Shown here piece after piece: positions 48,455 through 57,969 of a stretch of DNA of 64,000 bases; the first letter of the stretch is position 1, and every line of letters begins with the position of its first letter. Position numbers and translations under genes: made by a program. The notes under the pieces are model-generated. The model was given only the letters and a program-made list of their open reading frames with translations, ran no database searches and was not told the origin of the DNA. The stretch lies in the NCBI GenBank assembly GCA_963703255.1, contig OY969809.1, positions 11,332 to 75,331 on the forward strand. The letters are read 5' to 3'. The DNA comes from an uncultured Actinomycetota bacterium (GTDB lineage Bacteria > Actinomycetota > Thermoleophilia > Gaiellales > Gaiellaceae).

Positions 48455-51023
48455 GTGCGCACGACGGCGGAGCTGCGCGAAGGGTTCCTGCGCTTCTACG
48501 AGGAGCGCGGGCATCTGCGCGTGCCCTCGCACTCGCTGATCCCGCCGGCCGACGACCCCTCGACGCTCTTCATCGTCGCCGGCATGCAGCAGTTCAAGCC
48601 GTACTTCCTCGGGCTGCGCGAGCCGCCGTCGCACCGCGTGGTGAGCGTCCAGAAGGTGCTGCGCGCAGGCGGGAAGGACACCGACCTCGAGGACGTCGGG
48701 CGCACCGACCGGCATTGCTCGTTCTTCGAGATGCTCGGCAACTTCTCGTTCGGCGACTACTTCAAGGACGAGGCCGTCGACGAACGCTTGGGAGTTCGTG
48801 ACCGAGCACATGGGCCTGCCCGCCGAGCACCTGTGGGCGACCGTCCACGAGGGCGATCCCGAGCTCGGGCTCGACGAGGACACGGTCGCGATCGAGGCCT
48901 GGAAGCGCGTCGGCATGCCTGCCGACCGGATCGTGCGGCTCGGGAAGGACAACTTCTGGCAGGCGGCCGAGACCGGGCCGTGCGGGCCGTGCTCGGAGAT
49001 CTTCCTCGACCGCGGGCCCGAGCACGGCTGCGGCCGTGACGGCGTGCCGGCCCGGCTGCGAGTGCGACCGCTACATGGAGTTCTACAACCTCGTCTTCAT
49101 GGAGTACGACCTGCGGCCGGAGTCGAAGCTCGTGCCCCTGCCGAACCAGAACGTCGACACGGGGCTCGGCGTCGAGCGCGGCGCGTGCCTCCTGCAGGGC
49201 GTCGACTCGGTCTTCGACACCGACGGCTTCCAGCTGATCATGGGCTGGGTCGAGCAGGAGTCCGGGGTCGCCTACGGCGAGAACGACGTCGCCACGAAGG
49301 CGCACCGCGTGCTCGCCGACCACGGGCGCGCGATGTCGTTCCTGATCGCCGACGGGGTCACGCCGTCGAACGAGGGACGCGGGTACATCTGCCGCCGGAT
49401 CATCCGCCGGGCGGTGCAGCACGGTCAGCGCATCGGGCTCGACCGGGTCTACCGGCTCGGCGGCGTCGTCTGCGAGCAGATGGGCGACGCCTATCCGGAG
49501 CTGCGGGAGCACGCGGCCGAGATCGAGCGCGTCGTGCGGCTCGAGGAGGAGCGGTTCCGGGAGACGCTCGCGCGCGGGCAGAAGGAGTTCGACGAGCTCG
49601 CCGGCAGGGACGCGATCTCCGGTGAGGAGGCGTTCGACCTCGCGACCACCTACGGCTTCCCGATCGAGCTCACCCAGGAGCTCGCCGAGGAGCGCGGGCA
49701 GCCGGTCGACGTCGACCGGTTCCGCACGCTGATGGAGGGGCATCGCGAGATCTCCCGTGCCGGCGGGGAGAGCACGACCGAGCAGCTTGCCGCCGAGATC
49801 GTCGGCGCGGCGTTCCGGCCGGCGGAGTTCGTGGGCTACGAGAGGACCGACGTGCTCACGGCGGTGATCGCCGTGGGGCCCAACGTCGGCACGCGCCAGC
49901 TCGTCAAGCTCGAGCAGTCGCCGTTCTACGCCTCGAGCGGCGGCCAGGTGAGCGACGCCGGCCACCTCGTGCTCGAGGGGGACGGCCGCAGGCTTCAGGT
50001 CGCCGAGGTGCTGAAGTTCGGCGACGACCAGGTGCTCGCCGTCGAGACCGGCGGCGAGAGCGTCCTCGCGCCGGGCACGCGAGTCAGGGCCGTGGTCGAC
50101 TGGTCGGCGCGCTTCCCGACGATGGCGAACCACACGGCGACGCACCTGCTCCACGCCGCGCTTCGAGAGGTTCTCGGCGATCACGTCAAGCAGGCCGGCT
50201 CGGCGGTGCGGCCCGACAAGCTGCGGTTCGACTTCAGCCACTCCCAGCCGCTCTCGGCGGAGGAGCGGGAACGGGTCGAGCGCCTCGTCAACGAGAAGGT
50301 CTTCGAGGCGATCCCGGTGCGGACGTTCGTGACGCCGATCGAGGAGGCGCGGAAGCTCGGCGCGATGATGCTCTTCGGCGAGAAGTACGGCGCCGAGGTG
50401 CGGGTGGTCGAGATCGACGGCTTCTCCCGGGAGCTCTGTGGCGGGACGCACGTGCGCTCGACGGCCGAGATCGGCCCGTTCGTGATCCTGACCGAGGCCT
50501 CCGTCGGCTCGGGTGCCCGGCGGATCGAGGCGGTCACGGCCGGGGAGGCCTGGTCGGTGCTGCACGGCCGCTCGCGCGAGCTCGACGCTGTGCGCGACGA
50601 GCTCGAGCAGGCTCGCCGCGAGGCGAAGAAGCGGCCGAAGGCAGAGGCGGCCGAGCCTAAGGCGGACGAGGCCGCAGTCGCCCCGAGCTCGTCGGGGGCG
50701 TGAACATGATCGTGGCCCTGATCGACGGTGAGCTCGATGCGGACTCGCTGCTCGATCTCTCCGACCGCTTCAAGCAGCGCCATGCCCCGGCAGCGGTGTT
50801 CCTCGGTGCGCGCGAGGACGGCACCGTGCACCTCGTCGCGAACTTCGACGATGCGGTCGCAGCCAAGATCTCCGCGGGCGAGGTCGTGAAGGAGATCGCC
50901 CCCATCGTCGGCGGCGGCGGCGGCGGCCGCCCAACGATGGCCCGCGCCGGCGGCAAGCAACCCGAGAACCTCCCAGAAGCAGTAGCCAAAGCCCGAGAGC
51001 TGATCTCCGTAGCCCTGGCCTGA
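48455..51023 (+). pseudogene. alaS: alanine--tRNA ligase, three frame breaks as sequenced
   Basis: Pieces are ORF 48455..49039, 48798..49625, 49036..50703 and 50700..51023. Junctions: [11 protein letters not shown]|AWEFVTEH (~48785, +1), EHGCGRDG|[13 protein letters not shown] (~49044, +1), EAAVA|PELVGGVNMIVAL (~50682, C4 run, -1). The C-terminal DHHA1 domain (GGGGGGRPTMARAGG) is present. Confidence 0.9.
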
Positions 51024-51154
51024 CGCGATGAGCTCGAAAACGGCATCCATGAGCCACGGCTTCTCGACCGTGTTGGACAGAAACCCGTTGCGGCCGAAGC
51101 CGGGCTCCGCCCGGCGAGAGGCCAGGCGCGCTGCTGTTCTGGAGGAGGGGGCCC

Positions 51155-51230
51155 GTGGGGGAACCTCGTCGGTTCCGCCACGGTCTCTGGAGGATGGGGT
51201 TCATGGGGAAACCTCGTTGGTTTCCCCATG
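51155..51230. repeat. two related palindromic hairpin units (REP-like)
   Basis: Unit A 51155-81 GTGGGGGAACC-tcgtc-GGTTCCGCCAC. Unit B 51202-30 CATGGGGAAACC-tcgtt-GGTTTCCCCATG (12-bp perfect stem). Unit B contains the best ruvX start codon. Confidence 0.85.
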
Positions 51231-51602
51231 AGATTCTTGCTCTGGACTACGGCTCGGCTCGGACGGGGATCGCGGTCACCGATCCGAGCGGGACGGTTGC
51301 CCGTCCGGTCGGGGTGGCGGAGCGTGTGAGGACGCCGAAAGGGCTGGAGGGGCTTCTGCGGACGATCCGAGAGGAGGAGCCGGAGCGGGTCGTGGTGGGG
51401 CTGCCGCTGACGTTGCGTGGCGCGGAGGGGGAGCAGGCGAGGGAGACGCTCGAGTTCGTCGAGACGCTCCGCGTCGCGTGTCGCGGTCCCGGTGGAGACC
51501 TATGACGAGCGGTTCACCTCGTCGCTTGCCGACGGCGATGACGCGCGGGCTGCCGCCTATCTGCTCTCGAGCTACCTGGAATGGCTCGGCGCGAGGACCT
51601 GA
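51203..51602 (+). pseudogene. ruvX: Holliday junction resolvase-like RuvX (YqgF), one frame break as sequenced
   Basis: ILALDYGSARTGIAVTD...VVVGLPLTLRGAEGEQA (frame of ORF 51155..51505), then a +1 shift at ~51475 into RVAVPVETYDERFTS (ORF 51417..51602). Confidence 0.8.
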
Positions 51603-52453
51603 GCCGCGAGATCCGTCGGCGGCGTGCCGTCGCGATCGGGCTCTTCGTGCTGGTCGCCGCGGTCGCGGCGGGTGTGTCGCTGGCGGCCGTCCATCGGCAT
51701 TCGAGCCCGCCGCCGCCTCCGCCGCCCAAGCCGCCGAAGCCGTTCCGCATCGTGTTTCCCGAGGGGTTCACGCGGGCGCAGATGGCGGTGCGCGTTCGCG
51801 ACGTCGCCCGGATCGCCGACGGCGAGCATCGTGGGCACGTGCGGCTCTCGTCGGCTGCGTACCTCGCTGCTTCGAGGCAGGCGGTCGTTCCGTGCTTCGG
51901 CAAGAAGGTGCAGCGGAACCTCGAGGGCTTCCTGTTCCCGGCCACGTACGACTTCCTGACGAAGACGACGGCCAGGCAGCTCGTTCATGCGCAGATCGAG
52001 GCGTTCTGCCGCAACTGGGCGAAGCTGGGGCTCGGTTACGCGCGCTCGAAGAACCTGACCTCGTACGACGTGCTCAAGATCGGCTCGATGATCGAGGGCG
52101 AGGCCGCGGTTGCGAAGGAGCGGCCGCTGATCGCGGCGGTGATCTACAACCGCCTGCACGACCGGATGCAGCTCGGCATCGACGCGACGCTCCGCTACGG
52201 CCTGCACATCCCGCCGACCCAGTCGATCACGAATGCCGAGCTCGCGAGCTCGAGCCCGTTCAACACGCGCAGGTTCTACGGGCTGCCGCCGACCCCGATC
52301 TCGAACCCGGGCCTGGCGTCGCTGCAGGCGGCCGCGCATCCGGCGCACGTCGACTACCTCTACTTCGTTCGCAAGCCCGACAAGCGCCACAACTTCTTCA
52401 CGGCGAGCCAGTCGGCGTTCGACGAGTACCTCGCCACGCACGGCTACAAGTGA
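51581..52453 (+). CDS. mltG: endolytic murein transglycosylase MltG (YceG family)
   Basis: ORF 51581..52453, intact. TM anchor, LEGFLFPATY, ASMIEGEA-like and YNRL motifs. Confidence 0.9.
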   Translation: MARREDLSREIRRRRAVAIGLFVLVAAVAAGVSLAAVHRHSSPPPPPPPKPPKPFRIVFPEGFTRAQMAVRVRDVARIADGEHRGHVRLSSAAYLAASRQAVVPCFGKKVQRNLEGFLFPATYDFLTKTTARQLVHAQIEAFCRNWAKLGLGYARSKNLTSYDVLKIGSMIEGEAAVAKERPLIAAVIYNRLHDRMQLGIDATLRYGLHIPPTQSITNAELASSSPFNTRRFYGLPPTPISNPGLASLQAAAHPAHVDYLYFVRKPDKRHNFFTASQSAFDEYLATHGYK

Positions 52454-53134
52454 CGACCCATGTCGCCCTGATCGGCCATCCGGTGAGCGCACTCGCTCTC
52501 GCCGCGGATGCAGAACGCCGCGTTCGCCGCGGCCGGCCTCGACTGGCACTACTCGGCCTTCGACGTCGCCGATCCGCTCGCGGCGGTGGCCGCGCTCCGT
52601 GAGCTCGGCTTCGCCGGGCGCCAACGTGACGATCCCGCACAAGCACGCCGTCGTGGCGGCGTGCGACGAGTCGGACGGGGATGCCGTCAACACGCTGATC
52701 TTCCGTGACCGCGTGATCGGGGTCAACACCGATCGCGAGATCCTGGCGGGAGTGAACGCGACCCGCGCGTGCGTGATCGGTGCGGGTGGCGCCGCGGCGA
52801 CGCTCGCGCCCGCGCTTCCCGCCGACACCCGGACGTTCAGCCGCCGGGGCGAGTGGCCGCCCGACGCCTCGGGCTGCGACCTGATCGTGAACGCGACGCC
52901 GGTGCGCGACGAGCTGCTCGTCGAGCCGGTCCGCGGGCAGACGGTCGTCGAGCTCGCCTATTCGGCGCGACGGGCTCGACACGGCCCTTGTCAGCCGCTG
53001 CGCGCGCCGCCGGCTGCGAGGTGATCGACGGGCTGGAGGCGCTCGTCCGGCAGGGGGCCCGGAGCTTCGAGCTCTGGACGGGCGTCCCGGCTCCGGTCGA
53101 GGTTATGCGCACCGCGGTACGAAGCGGTCCGTAG
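52450..53134 (+). pseudogene. aroE: shikimate dehydrogenase, about four frame breaks as sequenced
   Basis: GTG 52450 overlaps the mltG stop. IGHPV|AHSLSPRMQNAAF (~52486), GFAG|ANVTIPHK (G run ~52617), LAYSA|DGLDTALVS (~52968), |AARAAGCEVIDGLEALVRQ (~52995). All apparent +1 shifts. Confidence 0.85.
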
Positions 53135-53143
53135 GCTCTAAGG

Positions 53144-54248
53144 GTGAGTTTCCGTCTTGCCACTGCGGGTGAGTCGCACGGGCCGGCGCTGGTCGCGATC
53201 CTGACCGGCCTTCCTGCCGGGCTCGCCCTCGACCGGGATGCCGATCGACGCCGACCTGAAGCGGCGCCAGGAGGGGTACGGCCGCTCGCCCCGGCAGCAG
53301 ATCGAGCAGGACCGGGTCGAGGTGCTCTCCGGGCTGCGTCACGGGAGGACGCTCGGGACGCCGCTCACGCTCGTCGTCCGCAACGTCGACCACAAGAACT
53401 GGACGTGGGGGATGAGCCCGTGGCCGCCCGAGGGCGAGCCGCACGGGAAGGGCACGAAGCCGGTGACGCTTCCGCGGCCCGGCCACGCGGATCTCGCCGG
53501 GGTGCTCAAGTACGACCTGGACGACGTGCGCAACGCACTCGAGCGCGCCTCGGCGCGGCATACCGCCGTCCACGTCGCGGCCGGCGTCGGTCGCAAAGGC
53601 GCTGCTCGGCGACGATCGGGATCGAGGTCGCCGGCTCGACCGTCGACGAGGAGACGCTGCGCGAGTCGCATCGACGCCGCGCGGGCCGAGCGCGACACGG
53701 TCGGCGGGATCGTCGAGGTGCGCGCCCGGGACGTTCCGCCCGGGCTCGGCAGCTACGCCTCGAAGGAGGACCGGCTCGACGCGCGCCTCGCCGCGGCCGT
53801 GATGGGGATCCAGGCCGTCAAGGGCGTCGAGATCGGCGACGGCTTCGCGCTCGCCGGCAGGTTCGGCTCCGAGGCGCACGACGAGATCGGCACCGACCGT
53901 CGACGCTCGACGAACCGGGCCGGCGGGCTCGAGGCGGGCGTCTCGAACGGCGAGGAGATCGTCGTCCGGGCAGCGATGAAGCCGCTGCCGACGCTGATGA
54001 AGCCGCTCGCGTCGGTCGACCTCGCCACCGGAGAGGCCGCGCCAGGCGCTCGTCGAGCGCTCCGACGTGGCCGCGGTCGAGGCGCTCGCCGTCGTCGCGG
54101 AGGCGGCGGTCGCGTGGGAGCTCGCGCAGTGCCGCGCACGAGAAGTTCGGCGGGGACGCGATCGGCGACTTCGTCGCTTCCTGGCGCGCTACTACCTCGA
54201 CGTCGCGATCGCTCGTGGGCCTCGCCCTCAGAGCCTCTTGCACAATGA
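53144..54248 (+). pseudogene. aroC: chorismate synthase, six or more frame breaks as sequenced
   Basis: GTG 53144: FRLATAGESHGPA. Junctions: LDRDA|IDADLKRRQEGYGRS (~53243), AAGV|VAKALLGD (~53589), |IGIEVAGSTVDE (~53614), RES|IDAARAERDTVGG (~53669), GEAA|QALVERSDVAAVEA (~54042), ELAQ|AAHEKFGGD (~54130). The exact C-terminus is unresolved. Confidence 0.85.
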
Positions 54249-54760
54249 GCACGGCCGTCTGGACGCGCTGGCACGCGCTCGGGCCGTCACCTCGGCGCTT
54301 GTCGGGCTTCATGGGCGCCGGCAAGACGACGTTCGGACGGGAGGTCGGCCGGGAGGCTCGCGCGGCCGTTCCTCGATCTCGACCGGATGATCGAGGAGCG
54401 GGCCGGCGGAAGACGATCCCGCGAGCTCTTCGCGGGCGCGGCGAGGCCGGGTTCCGGATCGAGGCGCGCACGCGGAGCAGGAGGCGCGCCTCGCGCTCGC
54501 CTCGAGCGAGCCGTCCGTGATCGCCCTCGGCGGCGGCGCGGTCACGATTCCCGAGACGTGCGGCAGCTCCTCGAAGGGGCGTTCGTCGTCGCTCGTCGAA
54601 GCCGACCTCGACGCCTGCCTGGGAGCGGGTGAGACGCTCGCGCCGGCCGCTTGCCGCCGACGAGGCGCAGTTCCGCCAGCTCTACGAGACCCGGGCTCCG
54701 ATCTACCGCGAGGTCGCAGACGCGGTCGTGCTCGACGCGGCCGACATCGTCCTGGCGGCC
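54245..54760 (+). pseudogene. aroK: shikimate kinase, several frame breaks; boundary with aroB unresolved (possibly fused)
   Basis: P-loop GFMGAGKTT (54305-54331), RPFLDLDRMIEERAG, GEAGFRIEA, VIALGGGAV, RPLAADEAQFRQLYETRAPIYREVAD. These lie in alternating frames, with shifts at ~54353, ~54437-54469, ~54555, ~54590 and ~54630. ATG 54245 overlaps a TGA (ATGA). Confidence 0.75.
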
Positions 54761-55683
54761 GGCGGCGTGCACTACGAGCGCGGCGGGCTCGACCGTCTCG
54801 ACGAGCTCGTTCCCGGCGACGGGCCGGTCGCGCTCGTCGCCGACAGCACCGTGATGGGCATCTACGGCGCCCGAGCACAGGAGGCTCTCGGCGAGCGGCT
54901 TCTCGAGCGAGCACGAGGTGCCGCCCGGCGAGGGGGCGAAGACCGTCGGCCGTCCTCGGCAGGCTCTGGAGCGAGCTTCGACTCGACCGCGGCGGGACGA
55001 TCGTCGCCCTCGGCGGCGGCTGCACCACGGATCTCGCGGGATTCGCGGCCGCCACCTACCTCCGCGGCGTCCCCTGGGTGTCGGTGCCGACGAGCCTCGT
55101 CGGCCAGGTCGACGCTGCGATCGGCGGCAAGACCGGGATCGACATGCCGGAGGGCAAGAACCTCGTCGGCGCCTTCCACTGGCCGGCGCGCGTCGTCCTC
55201 GACGAGACGCTGCTCGAGACGCTCCCGGAGCGCGAGCGGCGGCAGGGCCTCGCCGAGCTCGTCAAGACGCAGCTGCTCGCGGGGCGGCAGCTCGACGTGC
55301 GCGGCGGCCGCCGCCTACAAGGTCGGCCTCTGCCTGCAGGACCCGCACGACCGCGGGCCCGCGGCAGTGGCTGAACCTCGGCCACACCTTCGCCCACGGC
55401 CTCGAGGCGGCGGCCGACTTCGACCTCCCGCACGGCGAGGCGGTCGCGCTCGGGCTGCTGGCTGCGCTCCGGCTCTCGGATCGCGACACGTCCGAGGTCG
55501 AGGCCGCTCTCGACCCGAAGCCCGTCGCGGTGGATCCCGAGCGCGCATGGAAGGCTCTCCTGCGCGACAAGAAGCGCACGCGGCGATGCGATCAATCTCG
55601 TCCTGCTCGGCCCGGACGGGCCCTACGTCGAGCCGCGCCCGGCGGCGGAGGTCCGGCGCGAGCTCGAACGGCTGATCGCGTAG
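54761..55683 (+). pseudogene. aroB: 3-dehydroquinate synthase, about five frame breaks as sequenced
   Basis: VPPGEGAKTV (~54918), IVALGGGCTTDLAGFAAATYLRGVPWVSVPTSLVGQVDAAIGGKTGI, NLGHTFAHGLE...LPHGEAVALG, DAINLVLLGPDG...LIA-TAG(55681). +1 shifts at ~54912, ~54945, ~55300, ~55360 and ~55582. Confidence 0.85.
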
Positions 55684-56130
55684 TGTCCGGTCGGTGCAGA
55701 GTCGTGGTGCTGAACGGCGTCAATCTCGACATGATCGGGCAGCGCGACCCGGCGCTCTACGGCGGGATCTCGATCGACGAGCTCGAGACGCAGATCTACG
55801 CCTGGGCGCAGGAGCTGGGCGTCACCGCCCGCTGCCTGCACACGAACAGCGAGGGCGAGTACATCGACTGGATCCACAACGCCCACAAGCGACGCCGACG
55901 GCGTCGTCGTCAATCCCGGCGCGTGGTCGCACTACAGCTATGCGATCCACGACGCGCTCGACATCCTCGTCGTGCCGATCGTCGAGGTGCACCTGTCGAA
56001 CATCGAGGAGCGCGAGGAGTGGCGCCGTCACTCGGTCGTCGCCGAGCTCGCCGCCCACCGCGTGATCGGGAAGGGCCCGACGGGATACCGCGAGGCGCTC
56101 GAGTTCCTGGTCGAGAGGAACGCCGCATGA
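55683..56130 (+). pseudogene. aroQ: type II 3-dehydroquinate dehydratase, one frame break as sequenced
   Basis: VVVLNGVNLDMIGQRDPALYGG...IHNAHKR|ADGVVVNPGAWSHYSYAIHDAL...VEVHLSNIEERE. +1 shift at ~55893. Start is GTG 55683 or 55704. The stop overlaps the next ATG. Confidence 0.85.
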
Positions 56131-57166
56131 CCCGCCTCGAGCGGCTGATCGGGACGCTCGAGCGGCGCCTGCTCGTGACGAGCCTCGTCAACATCCGTTA
56201 CCTGACGGGGTTCGAGACCTCGAACGCGGCGCTGCTCGTCGATCCGGACGGATCGGCGACGCTCTTCACGGACTTCCGCTACATCGAGACGGCGCAGGCG
56301 ATCGACGGAGTCGAGGCCGTCCTCGCGAATCGCTCGCTGATGGTCGATCTCTCGACCCGTCTCACCGGGTCGGTGGCGTTCGAGGCGGACGAGCTGCCGT
56401 ACTCGCAGGCAGGGGTGCTCGGCTCGGGCGGTCTCGAGCTCGTCCCGGCGACCGGGATCGTCGAGGCGCTGCGGGCCGTCAAGGACGAGGCGGAGATCGA
56501 GTCGATCCGGCATGCGGCCCTCGCCGCGGAGCGAGCGTTCGAGGCGCTGACCGCGGAGACGTGGATCGGCCGCAGCGAGCGGGAGCTCGCCTGGCGCCTG
56601 CGGCAGCTGCTGCACGCCCACGGCGTCGACCACCTCGGATTCGACACGGCGATCGCCTCCGGCCTGAACGGCTCGAAGCCTCATGGCGAGCCGGGCGAGG
56701 ACCATCGTCGAGACGCGGATGCTCGTCACCGCCGACTGGGGCGCGCGGCTCGAGGGGTACTGCTCGGACTGCACGCGCACTCTCTCGACTGGCGGCATCT
56801 CCGCGCAGCTGAAGGAGATCTACGAGGTCTGCCTCGCCGCGCAGCTCGCGGCCGTGGACGGCATCAAGCCCGGGATGACCGGCGTCGAGGCCGACCGCAT
56901 CTCGCGGGCCGTGATCGAGGAGGCCGGCTACGGCGACAACTTCGGCCACGGGCTCGGCCACGGGGTCGGCATGCTCATCCACGAGGCGCCGCGGCTCTCG
57001 CGCGAGTCGGCGGACACGCTCGAGGTGGGGCACGTGATCACGATCGAGCCGGGGATCTACCTGCCCGGGCGTCGGCGGCGTTCGGATCGAGGATCTCGCC
57101 GTGGTGCGCGAGGGCGGCGTCGAGCTGCTCACCTCGTTCCGGAAAGACCTGATCGAAGTCAGCTGA
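56127..57166 (+). pseudogene. M24-family Xaa-Pro aminopeptidase/dipeptidase, two frame breaks as sequenced
   Basis: Creatinase-like N-terminal domain, then PHGEPGE|TIVETRMLVTADWGARLEGYCSDCTRT (~56700), HGLGHGVGMLIHEAP, ITIEPGIYLPG|VGGVRIEDLAVV (~57070). Both are +1 shifts. Confidence 0.85.
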
Positions 57167-57214
57167 CCGCCCCGGACGGGCCCCGCTCGGACAGGTCGTC
57201 CGCCCGCGACAACC

Positions 57215-57261
57215 CTGGGGACAGTCCCCAGATGAGAACTGTTCCCGTTTGGGGACAGTTT
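57215..57261 (+). repeat. two adjacent hairpins sharing a GGGGACAGT core, upstream of efp
   Basis: H1 57215-31 CTGGGGA-cag-TCCCCAG. H2 57236-61 GAACTGTTCCC-gttt-GGGGACAGTTT (about 10 bp including wobbles). Confidence 0.7.
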
Positions 57262-57342
57262 CCAGCAATCGCCCCGGGGAGGCATGGCTCGGAAGGCCAG
57301 GTGCGTCGCGAGCCGGCCGCTCGGAGCTAGACTGCCGCGCCG

Positions 57343-57910
57343 ATGGCCGAGGTCGTCTCAACGAACCAGTTCAAGAACGGGATGCACATCGAGTTCGACG
57401 GGCAGACGTGGCGGATCGTCGAGTTCCAGCACGTCAAGCCCGGCAAGGGCGGCGCGTTCGTGCGCACGAAGCTGAAGGCCTACGACTCGGGCGCGGTGGT
57501 CGACCGGACGTTCCGCGCCGGCGAGAAGTTCGAGCGGGTCCGCACCGAGCAGAAGAACATGCAGTACCTCTACGACTCGGGCGACGAGGTCGTCTTCATG
57601 GACGAGGAGACCTACGAGCAGCTCTCGCTGCCGCGCTCGGCCGTCGAGGACGAGCTGCGCGTTCATGCAGCCCTCCTCGTCGGTTCAGGTGATGTTCGTC
57701 GGGGGAGCCCCTCGGGCGTCGACCTGCCCGCCTCGGTTGTCCTCGAGGTGACGCGACACCGAGCCGGGGATCAAGGGCGACACGGTCTCGAACGTCACGA
57801 AGCCCGCGACGCTCGAGACCGGCGGCGTCGTCCAGGTGCCGCTGTTCGTCAACATCGGCGACAAGATCAAGGTCGACCCGCGCGAGAAGCGCTACATCAG
57901 CCGGGCCTAA
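57343..57910 (+). pseudogene. efp: elongation factor P, three frame breaks as sequenced
   Basis: MAEVVSTNQFKNGMHIEFDG...VKPGKGGAFVRTKLK, then ELR|FMQPSSSVQVMFVGG (~57661, +1), G5 run ~57705 (-1) into [16 protein letters not shown], then |[23 protein letters not shown]...[12 protein letters not shown] (~57754, +1). Confidence 0.9.
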
Positions 57911-57969
57911 GAAGCTCTATCGGGTGAGCCCGGGTTCGTTGGGCCCTCACGCTAAGGTCCGCTGCACGG

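Noticed and set aside
46950-57910. Programmed ribosomal frameshifting as the cause of the frame breaks.
   Set aside because: There are dozens of sites with no shared slippery heptamer or downstream structure, in genes never known to use recoding. Indel error or decay is far more parsimonious.
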